Of a stretch of 64,000 nt of DNA, positions 1-13,252 are shown one piece after another. The DNA is from Aplysia californica (taxonomy: Eukaryota). Numbering within the stretch: the first letter of the stretch is position 1; the number at the start of each line of letters is the position of its first letter. Location: the NCBI RefSeq assembly GCF_000002075.1, contig NW_004798595.1, positions 18,822-82,821 of the forward strand. The letters run 5' to 3'. Made by a program: the position numbers and the translations under genes. The notes below the pieces were generated by a model. The model did not search any database, was not told the origin of the DNA, and worked only from the letters and a program-made list of their open reading frames with translations.

Positions 1-18
1 CTCTCTCTCTCTATGCAT

Positions 19-59
<41 letters not shown>

Positions 60-849
60 CCTACGCGAATTGAACACACGACAACAACAGCACAATTTTT
101 TTTTTATAATTCGAAATTTTAAATTGAGGAAAACCACAGTAGACTGCACAATAATAAACGTCTTATTAGGCCTAACAAAGTTGAAAGTGTAGTATTGAGT
201 AGGCCAAGTCAGGTCTTACAATGCAAGTCCATTTTCTTTTTTTTATGTGTTAGATTCTATCCAGATCTAGATCTATAGGGCCTATGCTTGTACCTGGGCG
301 ACGCGCCCTTGACTACGTTACACCGTGCAATTTTATTCATTTCCGACTAGATCTAGATCTAGATCTAGGCTATCTGTCAAAGGCTAATAAATTATAATTT
401 GGGCTTTGAAGTCTAAGTGAGAGGTAAAGCAAATATTTTTCACTAGATCTACTAGAATCTAGATAACAATCTTAGGGTAAAGTACCTTTGAGTCAGTCGC
501 GCTCTTCACAACTAGAATCCAGATCTATTCAAGATAGACCACAGAATGTGATAGAGACATAAATAGGCCTACTGTATACATGTAAATAGCAGAAGTATCA
601 CACCTTGCTTTAACTTTAACAGGTTTATATTTAACAGAAAACTTACGTTCTCAAGATGACGGAATGGTCGGGTCAGTCCAACTTTGTCTGGGAAGCCACT
701 CAAACTGAAAATCAAAGATATAAGTACTGAACTTGTGTAACATTTATTGACTCATCCTGTCGATTTAATTCAATTCTCCTGTCATTGATCAGATGTCATT
801 ATTCAAACTCAGCTGACAGCCTGACAACGGGAAAACCCGATCTATAAAA

Positions 850-1300
850 AGAAGTCGACTCATTGAATATTAAAGCCAAGTAGGACGTTTTGTTTCCGAG
901 GTCATAGGCCTAATACACCGATCGATGTTTCGATAATTCAATGAGCTATGCAATATATTTCATTTCGTCAGGGACATTTTAAAAACCCACATTTCATCAA
1001 GTTTCAAGGAGAAATAAAAATGATGCTACTTACATGTTCTTATAACTCTTATAAAAATGATTATTATAAAATCTGCATCTTTGGCGGGTGCAAAGAGCTA
1101 GTCTTTAGTCTTTGGGCGGGTGGTAGAAAAATCAACGGAAGTAGAACAAAATCTGGGTATTGTCACGTAGCTTGAAAATTGAGAAAACGAAAGTAGGCCT
1201 ACAACTTCTCAATCACAGTCCTTCGCCATGCATTTTGTTTAGTTAATAGTTAAGTGTCAGTAATCAAGATCAAGTGCTTTTCCTTGCCTTGTTCTGTCCA
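850..1300. promoter_or_regulatory. CCDC167 promoter region, possibly bidirectional
   Basis: Lies upstream of the CCDC167 ATG exon. E2F/GC-like TTTGGCGGG at ~1080 and TTTGGGCGGG at ~1111. A minus-strand donor GTAAGT at 641-646 suggests a divergent transcript. Confidence 0.4.
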
Positions 1301-1338
1301 GATTCTATTTCAAGACAGGAAGAGAAAAGCGTCCCGAC

Positions 1339-4300
1339 ATGAAGACAATTGTCACTGAGGTACTGTCTAATTGTCTAATTGCTTCACTGAGGAAAAGTTT
1401 TATTGGGTACTGAGGAGAGGACGAGTGTGTTTTGTTGTCAGTTGGTGTTGTGTCTGCTTTGCTTTGACTTCTGACTGTCAACTTTGACTAGATCTAGATC
1501 TAGATCTAGATCTATACTTTGTGACAAAAGTTCTAGATCATTGCCTTTTTATCAACTAGCCTCTGATGAGACAACATTAGTTAGCCTACATGCGACTTGT
1601 AAAGTTAACTGGCGGTCCTATTGAGTCTTGGTCTTTCAGGGGGCCCCCGTCCAGGATCGATGTTGTCGTTCTCTCGTCCTGTGCTTGACTGACTCTCCTT
1701 GTGTGTCTCTCAGAAGACGTCGGCCTCATTCCCGCTTTTCAATGTCACGTGATCCAAAGGGCGCGCTACTCCCTTAACTAAACTATACATGATTCTGTCC
1801 CATAATAATAATAATCATGTCCCCTGACCTCACAGCGACTAAATTATGTAGAACGACACAAACTATTTTTAGGTAAGGCGGCCATCTTGTATGACGTCAG
1901 ACCAGGATACCCCTCCGATCACGTGACACCATGATCTAAACATAGCGAACCACATGGCATGAAAGATTGTGTTTACCTACCATGGCACAATGTTTGGTGC
2001 GATGTTTTTCCAGGAGATGTACCAGGAAGCGGTCTTCCATCACCAGAGCGTGGCTGACATGCTGCAGTTAGCCGCAAGTGTGAAATTTTTTCTTGCGAAA
2101 CACATCAATACGGATTTATATATATATGTCAAGCCACTGACCCAACTTGTCGTTCCCTGCGATATCCCCAGAGATCGTGTAGTGTGTACATGTAGTGTAG
2201 TGTTTAGTAGAGAATCTTTGGTATTTCTGCGTTCTTTTAAAATAGCCTGTGGGTATCCCAGGATGTGATGACGTCACATTACTAAAATAAGCAACCAATA
2301 TGAGGCAGGTGCGTCGTTCTACGCTTAGCAGCATATAGTTAGCCTCTATACTTTAAATAGTTTGAAGTTCATCAATTGTTAATCTAGATCTCTATAAATA
2401 TAATTTGTACAATTATTGGAGCTTTTTCGATAGTTCCTACTACCCTTATTTTGGCATATTTTATTTGAAATTTTCAAAATTGAGCTCGATTTACTATTCG
2501 AGTAGTAGGTCTAGGTAAAAATATTTGAGGTAATCGATTTGTCAAAATTACATAATTAACACTTTGCAGTCACACAGCCAGCAGTGCAAAATACCCCGTT
2601 TTGTCACCTAGCCAGGAGAGCGACTGCAACAGACTTCTCGGACAGGAACAGATAATTTTCACCGGCGCTGTATTGCGCCAAGTGACTGCAGAGTGTTAAA
2701 AAAAAACACTACACCTACCTAGGCTTAGGTCTGGTGTTGTTAATTGCAATCATGAAGTGCGTCTGGGAAATTGACTGTCATCCAAACTTTCGCCATTGTT
2801 GTTTTGGTCAGAATTGGAAGGTACAATTTGGCCAACTATTCTTTAATAACATTATTGCCAATTTGGAAAGGGAATGAACCATTTTCTGTGCCATTAACTG
2901 TTACAAAGAAGCGTTTAAGTCAAGCAATTTTCATTCATGTATAGTATATATATATGGCTCTTTTCGTCTATTAGATGCAGACCGTCAATTTAGCTAAGCT
3001 TAAGATGGTCTCAAGGTTTTCTTCATGCAGCTTCTTTTATGGCTAATTCTTCCTATATGTTTGAAGCGCAGATTCTGTCGCATGTATAGTACTGAAGGAG
3101 ATTCATAAGTCGAAATCTCTTCAAATATTCGATCTAGGCCGATATCAGTAAATTTTTGACTCGACTATATTCCTAAAACAGGAAAATAGGCGCATAATAA
3201 TTGGGGGGTGGAACTACCGAAAAAGGGCCCCATTATTATAATATAATTATTACACAGCAGCTGTAATTGTCACAGTGAATGAAGCGCAGGTGGTTTGAGG
3301 GTGCTCTGGTGTGGTTTGACCGTTTTTCTTTTCAAAAGGTGCTTGAGGTGCTTGTTTATTGTTCATTGTATTCCAATTTCTCATCTGAAGGCCAAGAGTG
3401 AGGCAATCTTATGTGCTTTTGATCTATGTCCAGTCCAGACTAAAAAGTGGATATTCTTTGAAATTTAGTGCTTAGGCATGGGGCAATTGTGGTCTGCTTT
3501 GATAAATGAAGTGCTTATGACTTATGCAAGGCATACCTTGCCTTTGACATTTTACGCTTGTGAGTGTGGTAATGAAGATGACATTTATAATATCTCTGTG
3601 CAACAGACATTTACTGTTATATATTCTTGTCCTCAGATTGAACAACTTGAGACAGAGATTTCCAAGAGTGAGTCTCGCCTGGATGATATTGAGAGGTTGG
3701 GAAGACTTGCAGACATGACAGATGAAGAATGGTAAGTATGGTCAGTATAACACAGGTAGGTCGAACACAGCAGACTTGAACTCACACTTCCGTCAAACTG
3801 CTTGCGGTCCCGGTTTTTTCTTCTTCTTTATCTTTGTAAGAAAATTACGCGAAGCTTGAACTCAAACACGGAATGGCCAAACTAATTGCACCGCCGTATA
3901 GGTCTAGAGTCAATGTCCTTTTAGGGACACTTGAGACAAAATAATAATGATTAAAAAAATTTTAAAGCAGAAAAAAGCAACGAATGTCAGTAAAACACCA
4001 CCTTCCCCCCTCCACAGAAGCAGCTAGCTGTGTTACTTTTAGCGCGCTGGAGCCACGCTGCTTGACACGCGTGTCTAGGCCTAGCTAGGCTTGTGTGGAG
4101 AGGAGAAGGGTTGTGCATCACATGATCGGCCACCCACCCCTCTTCGCAAAGGACTGCAAGCTTGATGGGAGAGGAGGGGTAGGGCTGCATTGCTTTGTCA
4201 TCGCGTTAGTGATTACTGTTGCGATATGTCCAATCAAATTGTTTATATTTTGAAAATTTTGAAAACCCACTGTTTGATTTGTGTAGACTAAAGACTGTTC

Positions 4301-7300
4301 ACACCGATCTGCGCTATCAACCTGTCTTGGTACCTGTAGGCTCATTACCGATCGAACTCGAAAGCGTTGCTCATCATTGATTGCCCCTAAAGTAGCAATC
4401 TTTGTTGCTTCAAGTGCTTCCCTTGATTCTCTGACACAGCCAATGCCATAACACAGTTCATGTATCCCTCCAACTACGGATCCCTCAAACTACCGAGACC
4501 AGTCCTGATGAGTTCTAGCTATCTGAGTTATAGTTATACTGTATTTGAAAATGTAAAAATGGTTGTTATCCATGCATTTTCCGAGTTGCAATAGATGACA
4601 GGCAGACGGGGGTGGTCGCTTGGAAAACTGCGTGGATGAGCGCTCTTCCGCAAGGAAAATAAGGGATCTTGGCCGACGCACCAAGGGAAGAATCTACGGT
4701 GACCAATGTTAAGGCCCACAACCGGTAAAATGGTCTCACTTCACTCTGAAAGGAACTGACGTGACCATTAGGTGGGTTTATGACATATGGTGAGCAAAGA
4801 GTGGTCCACCTTTATTGCTAGTCACAGTGGCATGAGGCATACCATTTTCACCCATCATCCTTTCATGAGTCTCAAGATCAACACTTGTCCAGTTGCCCCT
4901 CCCCTTTACCTGTCCAAAATTTATAGCTTACCATCTATGACTGAGTTCCCCCCACCTTTGTCATTACGTATATTTTTACGTTGTGACCACACCACGAATT
5001 GAAATTCAGTCTGTCTCGCAAATTCGGGAGTAGAGACAGCAACTGCTGCCATCGTCAGGGAAGCGTTCACAGTTGGGTGTGATCCCACCAGGAGCGAACT
5101 TGTAGGCCTTTCCCGCCTAGTGAGTGATGTAAAAAATTTACGTGGAGAGCTCAGATGCGAGTGCTATGTGTGGGGAAAACTAATGTGTCGGTGAGTTCAC
5201 ACATCGGTGTGATCCCATCTGGGCAAACATTGTACTCTTTCATTGAGTTTTACAATCCTAATGTGATCACTTTCACAAGAGTGGCTGATCTTTGATTCGC
5301 CCGCCAGTTCAATGATCTCAACCTATACTATCACTCTTGGTTGATCCGCTGTGCCTGCCCGGGTTTTGTTCCATAAATTATTATCTGAAATGCGGGATCT
5401 TAACTGAATGTAGACCTTCAGAGTGGATCAGAGCGGGATCTGAGGGGTGACTGTTATAATAAATAAAAATTCTGTTTTCTTAAAACAAAGGGATCTTAAG
5501 GCTTAAGGGAAGCAGGATCGTAAGCGGTGGGATCTTTGGCGGAGACTACTGTATTTTTTTAAATTGAGGTTAGAGCATCTCGCACGAAAAGTGTCTATTT
5601 ACTGGTGAAGTAGCTTCTATTAGTTCTATGGCTGTGGCGACCAGCCATGGTGCGTGTAATTGAATTAATTGTGCACTTTACTTATTTGTTTATGCCTTGT
5701 GTGTGTGTTTAATTGCCAAATTTACTAAAAAGGAGGTCTTTTTTTTTTCAGGAGCAGACTAAAAGTGGAAAAGACCCAGCTTGAACACCAGTTAGTTACA
5801 AATCGTAAGTAATTTCTGTCAGCTAAATCTGTTCTGAACTTGAAACAGAAAAGGTTAAATTATCACACAAATTGTTCCACAAGCGGACTCTGCACTTATT
5901 GGCCTCATTCTTCCAGCATGCCTTTGATTATATTAAAGCGATGGGGGAAAAACAATTTACAGTTGTTTTACATGTTGATGGGATAAATATTTTCCAATTT
6001 CCATTCCACAAAGATTTGTATGCAATGTGAAAGCATTGTCAAAAGTCAACTGCTACAGATACTGTTGAGTGGTTGATAAAAAGTCCTCAGGAATTTTTTT
6101 TCATATTTCTTAATGTGTGAGATAATGAAATGACGAATATCATCTTTTGGCATTACAACATATTCCTGCTGCTCTTCAATATGTGTTTCCCTTCATTTCA
6201 TGCAAATGTCCTCCCAAATAAGCCAGCTCAGCAAAAGTATTTACTTTCAGCTTAAGAAAATTGGCAGTGTAAGAAATTATTTAACTAAAGNNNNNNNNNN
6301 NNNNNNNNNNNNNNNNNNNNNNNNNNNNNNNNNNNNNNNNNNNNNNNNNNNNNNNNNNNNNNNNNNNNNNNNNNNNNNNNNNNNNNNNNNNNNNNNNNNN
6401 NNNNNNNNNNNNNNNNNNNNNNNNNNNNNNNNNNNNNNNNNNNNNNNNNNNNNNNNNNNNNNNNNNNNNNNNNNNNNNNNNNNNNNNNNNNNNNNNNNNN
6501 NNNNNNNNNNNNNNNNNNNNNNNNNNNNNNNNNNNNNNNNNNNNNNNNNNNNNNNNNNNNNNNNNNNNNNNNNNNNNNNNNNNNNNNNNNNNNNNNNNNN
6601 NNNNNNNNNNNNNNNNNNNNNNNNNNNNNNNNNNNNNNNNNNNNNNNNNNNNNNNNNNNNNNNNNNNNNNNNNNNNNNNNNNNNNNNNNNNNNNNNNNNN
6701 NNNNNNNNNNNNNNNNNNNNNNNNNNNNNNNNNNNNNNNNNNNNNNNNNNNNNNNNNNNNNNNNNNNNNNNNNNNNNNNNNNNNNNNNNNNNNNNNNNNN
6801 NNNNNNNNNNNNNNNNNNNNNNNNNNNNNNNNNNNNNNNNNNNNNNNNNNNNNNNNNNNNNNNNNNNNNNNNNNNNNNNNNNNNNNNNNNNNNNNNNNNN
6901 NNNNNNNNNNNNNNNNNNNNNNNNNNNNNNNNNNNNNNNNNNNNNNNNNNNNNNNNNNNNNNNNNNNNNNNNNNNNNNNNNNNNNNNNNNNNNNNNNNNN
7001 NNNNNNNNNNNNNNNNNNNNNNNNNNNNNNNNNNNNNNNNNNNNNNNNNNNNNNNNNNNNNNNNNNNNNNNNNNNNNNNNNNNNNNNNNNNNNNNNNNNN
7101 NNNNNNNNNNNNNNNNNNNNNNNNNNNNNNNNNNNNNNNNNNNNNNNNNATTGTAATACGCATTGAGCATCTTTTAGGAAATGGAAATGCGCAGTATAAA
7201 TGCTATTTATTATTATTATTATTATTTACTTCCTGAAGCCAGGTAAAATCACCTAACATGAAGTGGGCGAGCATACGACTGGTGAATCTCCCATAAGTAA

Positions 7301-7763
7301 TAAAACATGGTATGAAAGGCCTACAGTGTACGGGGAGTTGTATGATCGATACAATGAGAATGTTCTTGTTTTCTTCAGTGCTCTGACTGAATTTCAGATT
7401 GAGGCCATCTGTAGTCAGGAGCAAACACACGCTCCCTTTTACAAACCAAAACAAAGGGTGTTCTGTTTATGCCCGGATCTTGCAGTTCAGCCTAGTCAAA
7501 CCCCTTGTTTTGTGCTTCCTTTTCTCTTTTTTTTTGTGTCTGTCACTGTTTATATTACTTATTCTAAAAAAATTATTTTTCACACCTTACTACTACTGAG
7601 ATTTAATATGTTTTTTTCCCTATTCACAGGTAAGAAGTTGAAAAAACTCCGCTGGGAAAACTGGAAGACAATGATTGTGTCTGTGATTATCCTAGGAGCG
7701 GGCTATTTGACATTTACTTTGCTTTACAATACACCAAGTGCTGAGGTGGCTCAGGACAGGTAG
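1339..7763 (+). CDS. CCDC167: Coiled-coil domain-containing protein 167, 4 coding exons, about 100 aa
   Basis: Exons 1339-1359, 3637-3731, 5752-5804 and 7630-7763 have GT-AG boundaries and consistent phase. They translate to MKTIVTEIEQLETEISKSESRLDDIERLGRLADMTDEEWSRLKVEKTQLEHQLVTNRKKLKKLRWENWKTMIVSVIILGAGYLTFTLLYNTPSAEVAQDR: a coiled coil, an LRxENxKxM motif and a C-terminal TM helix, as in CCDC167. Confidence 0.88.
1846..2324. mobile_element. Non-autonomous DNA element, same family as 51204-52502
   Basis: Termini ATGTAGAACGACACA and TGCGTCGTTCTACGC. Shares blocks ACTATTTTTAGGTAAGG...TGACGTCAGACC and AAAATAG.CTGTGGGTATCCCA with the second copy. Confidence 0.75.
2560..2695. mobile_element. 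piggyBac-type MITE
   Basis: TTAA|CACTTTGCAGTCAC ... GTGACTGCAGAGTG|TTAA. Confidence 0.8.
6200..7230 (+). mobile_element. 5'-truncated CR1/L2-type LINE 3' end spanning an N gap
   Basis: ISQLSKSIYFQLKKIGSVRNYLTK (post-RT motif) before the gap. After the gap there is an L2-like tail TTGTAATACGCATTGAG...GCGCAGTATAAATGCTATT(TAT)n. Confidence 0.7.
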
Positions 7764-7899
7764 CATTTCATTTTAACAGAGAGTTACTTTATGATGTATG
7801 GCGCCATTGAATGTATGATTGGAAGTGTAGCTTTAGTTTGCAAGCAATGTATGTTGTCCATCTTGAAATATTATGTCAAATGTGTATGTATCAGAGTAT

Positions 7900-8135
7900 G
7901 GGGTGGCGTTGATGGCCAAATGGTTAGGCTTCCGGACCCGTAATCATGAGATTGTGGGTTGGGAGGTTCGAGCGTCAGCTCGGTCCGACGTTGTGTCCTT
8001 GGGAAAGGCACTTTATATGAATTTCCCATTTGGCTCAGTCCTTTCGGAGATGGACGGTAAACTCGGAGGTCCCACCTCTTAAATAACCGAACAGTGTTGA
8101 ATGGGGGTGTTAAACCATTACCATTTACCATTTAC
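7900..8135 (+). mobile_element. tRNA-derived SINE
   Basis: Pol III A box TGGCCAAATGG, B box GGTTCGAGC, conserved core GTTGTGTCCTTGGGAAAGGCACTT and a (TTTACCA)n tail. Confidence 0.8.
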
Positions 8136-11100
8136 AGTCATGAGAGATAGCCATTGTTCATTTTAGTCTTTTTGCACGGTTTAATGCAAATTTATTTGTA
8201 AACTAAAGCCCATACCTCATGGTACCAATTGTTACTGTACACATGGCCTCTTCCCCCCCCCCCCCCCCCCACCCACCCATTTTGTGTTTCTTTTGGTCCA
8301 AATTCTTAATATTATAATGAGAACCAAGGTTCATATTAGTACAGCAACAGAACTATTTGTCCAAATAGCATTTGAGTTTGAATGACACCTACCTATAAGT
8401 AAGATGTCTTTGAAGTCAAGTCCAAAATGCATTCCTTTGGTTCCTACCCATGCCTTGCTTGAGTGATAAAACACTATGGACAATATCAAGATGTCTGTGG
8501 CTCAGAGTCAAAGGCTTATATTATCAGCATCATTCCACAAGACATGGGAGGGGGGGGGGGGGGGGGGGTTCGGTTCAGTTTTGAGAGAATTAAAGAAAAA
8601 GAGAGGGCATAAATCAGAATCATGGCTTGGGCACTCATCTGTTAATGGTAAAAACTGGCTACCTCAGAATTACAAAGTTCTATCTACTTAATACCTAGTT
8701 TTGAGAATATTTGACGTTAAAAAATTTGAGTTTCACAATATATCAAGCTTTTTCTAATGAAATTCTTTGAATTTGAATATCTTGATAACGACTCTGAATA
8801 TTTTTACTATTTTGATAAAGCAGATAGAACATTTGGTTTCTGACCTCATATTCTTAGTAGTTCTAACTGAAAACGGCCAAAAATGCCAGATAGGACTTTT
8901 TAATTCTGAGGTGGCGAACAAGGAAAGAAATAGCGTTACAAAACAAAACTATTGCAAGATGTCCCTTACCTTGATCATGTCTTTGTTCAAATAATGACTT
9001 TATCTGGACACCCCAGAGATTGATTTGGGTGATTCTGTTATGATGCTGATGATACAATGCTTATAAAAAGAATCCTCATATGACCTCACGGTGAATCATC
9101 TCCTGTGATCGGAAGAAAACTTCATTACCCTTTTTTTAATGACTCAAATTCGTAGTGTTGAAATGCTCAACATCTCTTTGACCATCAGCAATGTCAAAAT
9201 GAAATTTGAACTGCTAAATTTATATGTTTTGTGACAGTGACACTTTGTTGATGATGATTAGATCTTGGGCTTGGGTTTTTATAATATTTTACTGTTTGAG
9301 ATGAATAAATGATATATGAAATAAAACAAAAGGTATTGTTTTGATATTTATACATATTATATTTATTACATTTCTTTTCACAGTTAAAGCAAAACAAGAT
9401 ATTTGCAAAAATTGACAAAAGCATGACAGTGTAGCATGGACAAAACCAGTCATCAGTTAATTATAACCCTGTCCGTACGTTGAGATGGAAAAGCCAGCTT
9501 CCTCTGGAAGCCAAATCTCAAAAAAGGACTCGAACTCAGGACCTCTGCTTCATCATAGGTACCCATATATATAAATCGAAATTCATTAATGACATACATT
9601 TACGCAAATGACCAAAGTAATTTCACACTATCATTCCTTTAAATTGGGGGGGAAGTCATTTCGTCTTTGAGAGATTAGAAATAACTTGCTTTCTATGACA
9701 AAGAGAAAGGCTAAACTAAAATACACAAGTGTTGTTGATGTGTGCAAGATGTTTGTTTAGGCTCAGCATGTGCCAGGGTCCAGAGAGAGCGGGTGGGTGG
9801 CCAGCACACGTATGATCATATGAGAGCACGCTGTCTGAGTTCGGGGGGGGGGCACGATTTTGTGATGAATACAGCAATGCATCCAGCTCTGACAATTACG
9901 AAGGCTGTGATAAGACTAAATATGAGCAGCTATGGACAAAGAAAAATGTGAACTGAAACCACAATGAACACCTTACATGCTGATGAAGTCCTTAAGTTCA
10001 GGTTCATATGGAAAAAACAACACAACGTGGAGCTTATGGAAAACTGATCAAGTTTGTGTTAATGTTAGTATTGTTCATGGGATTTGCCAAGGTTAGGGAA
10101 GCAACTGCTTTATATAAGCAAGCATTTTGAGGCACCGATGCTTCTATCCCTTTTTATTTAAGCCATGACACGATCAGAACAGATGTTCCTATTACCGTTA
10201 TAACCGTTAAATAATTCTCCTATTAGTAACACATTTTTTTATAAATGGGAGGTTTGGCCCAAAGACTTAACGATAACTGAGTTTTGCTGAATCAAAAGAA
10301 ACCACAACAGTGGTGATGAAACTTGTAGTACTGATGAGAATCTTATTGTGCTGTTTTAGACTAGAATGTGAAGCGTGCTGACAAAATGAGTTACTTCTTG
10401 GATTTGAGACCTATAGAAATAGATACATCACGCTTGTAGGTGATGTATTTACAATTTATAAGTATGAAATAATAAAAGGCATGTTGTACTTTAAGAATAT
10501 GGCATTAATAGAAAATCTACACTTAATTTGACCCTAGTGTCGATTTTTGGCCAATACATTGTATCTCCATTTCTGGATTACGAGAAGCAACTCATTCTGT
10601 CAGCACGCCTCACATATAGTGCTGGTGGCCACCGTCGCATATTCAGACAGTCGGACTACGAGGACAAAACGTAATACCTCGACCCAAACAAAACTGATCT
10701 ATAGCTCTACCGACATGGTCCCGTCACCCTCCTAGATGTATCTCTATAAAAGACTGTATTGGGTGTCATGGGATGAATAGCTCTCTTCCTCTGCACAACA
10801 AGTCTACCCATTTGACTACTTCTCAACACTTCTGTCGGAGTTATTCTTGGAACATGTTGCTGATGCAGAAAGTGAAAATCCCAAAAGACTGAGATGTCAG
10901 GCAGAGCTATGAAAACTTGATTTGGGTGTTTAAGGTGCAAAATCATCATGAGCTAAGTGAGCAAGTGCTTTCTGGAGCACCTTCAGTCATAAATGGCTGT
11001 CATTAATCATTAAAAGTGTTTATACATGGCAACTTTTTGTGACAGACATTGACTATTGACAATTCAATTCTGGCACATTGGCATTATGACAAAGAATTAC

Positions 11101-11922
11101 ATTACAGTTATTCAGTTAGCAAAATAATAAATATTGCTATTTGATGTTAAACTTTATTCATTTCTGTACACAGTGGAGTAATTCGTTTTAGCATAGGTGT
11201 CCTGGGATATTTTTACAGGGTGTCCAGCGAAGTCGGATTTTGGTCGGATATTTCAATCAAAGTCGGAAAAGTTGGATTTTGGTCGGAATCTTAAATGAAA
11301 GTTGGATTTTAGGGGAAAAGGAATCCCTATCAGCAGAAAATGTAAAAAAAAAAAAGACAAAAAAAGAAAGAAATCGAAGGGGAAAAGTCCAAAGTCCAGC
11401 TCAAAACGACTCAGGGCCTACACCAAGTTTTTCCCCAATAGTTTACAGTAGGTCTAGTATGATACTGTGTTGCTTGCAAGACTTTTGTTGTTGGCAGGGA
11501 GCGTTATAGATTGTGGACAAAAATCTTGCGAGTCTCGCAAGTGGCTTTTAGAAATTAGACCGCCCTGTTAGTTATTACTTGTCTGAACGCACCTCTCTAC
11601 CGAGATCTTGCGTGTGTTACGAGACAGGAAGCGAGAGAGAAGAGAAAGGAAGAAGAAAGAAGCAATGTTTGAGTGTCTTCATTCTCAATGCGATAGTTTG
11701 GTGGTGAATAGCACAGATTCTTCATGGAAAATAAGAATTTTCTACAATATTGATCAGTTATTTCAGTCAATGTTTCCCGATTCCAACATAGCACAGAGAT
11801 TTCAGTGTGAAAAAACAAAGGTGGGATACCTCTATCTACATTTGGAATTACACAGGCTATTAAGGAGAGCATCATGGCAGCAGTTAAGGATTGTCAGTAT
11901 TATGTACTGATGTTTGATGAAA

Positions 11923-13252
11923 GGGAGTGCTTATTTAGGCCACATATGGCCTAAATAAGGTAAAGGGGGGGGGGGGGGGTTTAGCTTATTTGGGCCACAG
12001 GTGGCCTAAATAAGGTAAAGGAGGGGGGTTTAGCTTATTTAGGCCACACATTCTCAAACTACCCTTTTCAGGCAACTGAGTTCGTTCCACTTTCGTAATA
12101 GTGCACCTTTCTCATTTAGTACAGTTTTGTCTCTAGTGTACAACTTAAAATCATAACATAATGAAAATTGTAAGAACAAAGCACAATTAATTTAATACGC
12201 AAAAATTTGCTTTATCCCAGTGGTTGGAATGAGGCCAGATTTTTTCCTCATGGAAGGGCAAAAGCTAGGCTACCATTTTGGCACACTTTGGTCAAGTGAA
12301 CAAATTAGCCTTATGGTCAAAACCTCGGAATGGACTTCCGGGTCAAATTTGGTGTGCAATATTATAAAAATCGTAGTACACAACGTGCCCGAGGGCACTC
12401 TCTCAAAACAATGCACTATGCACCCGCCGGCGATTGAGAGACTGGTCGAGGGTGCCGTATTCAGCACCTTTGCTGAATTCACAGAGTTGTTCGACAAATA
12501 TAAATCAGACACAAATAGTGTATTTGTTTCCAAGCATGCAACAAAAGTCTCTTCGGCAAACAAGAGGGTAATGACTGCCGAAAAAAAATATCGAGATGAA
12601 TGGGTGTACAGGAGCATCCAGTTCCAGTGCAAGCATTTTGGTGACTATGAATCCCAAAGCAAGGGTTCCAGACCTAATCAAGCGTAAGTTTGAATCAACT
12701 AGTTGTAGATCTAGATCTAGATCTAGCTCCTAGATCTACCATTTTTTCTACCTAGATCTAGAATCTAGATCTACCATTTTTTCATTAATTGATATGAAAG
12801 TGGCTATTCTCACGGGCCCGGAAGTTCTCGCAAGATCAACTCCTCCCCTCTTCTCTCTCTCTCTGTCTCTTTCTGAATACTGTCTATCAGTGTGGACGAT
12901 CAAATTGACCAAAACAAAGTTTAAAAATGATGTTAAAAAACAAAAGTAAATTAATTTGGTTGTCTACAAAGATGCTACGGCTATTTAACTTTTCGAATCG
13001 AGCCGAACTACGCGGGTCGCCATTTTGTTTTGCCTGGAAGTTCTCGCGCTACTCCTCTCTCTCTCTCTCTCTCTCCACACAGGTGTGGCCTAAATAAGGT
13101 AAAGGAGGGGGGGTTAGCTTATTTAGGCCACAGGTGTGGCCTAAATAAGGTAAAGGGGGGGGTTTTAGCTTATTTCGGCCATATGTGGCCCAAATAAGGT
13201 CACCCCCCCCTTTACCTTATTTAGGCCATATGTGGCCCAAATAAGGTCACCC
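11923..13252 (+). mobile_element. Internally deleted MULE/Mutator element
   Basis: 9-bp TSD TTGATGAAA (11914-11922, 13253-13261) and GGG...CCC termini built from hairpin repeats. The ORF at ~12418-12683 encodes a ZSWIM3/FAR1-like N-terminal domain (F..F..F...CKHFG...KGSRPNQ) and ends at a GTAAGT donor. Confidence 0.82.

Noticed and set aside
3742-5552. Single Tc1/pogo element spanning CCDC167 intron 2
   Set aside because: Both ends look like TE termini (the left resembles 55570-55640 inverted, the right resembles 32028), but they do not match each other.
6200-7170. Long ORFs in the ORF track (also at 34544-35263, 57082-57372 and 59146-59637)
   Set aside because: Artefacts of N runs.
7900-7990. 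tRNA gene
   Set aside because: No convincing cloverleaf, and it continues into a SINE core and tail.
10547-10949. Short ORFs between CCDC167 and the TE nest
   Set aside because: No recognisable homology or splice structure.
12220-12687. Host ZSWIM3-like gene
   Set aside because: Enclosed by TIRs and a 9-bp TSD, with no downstream exons found.
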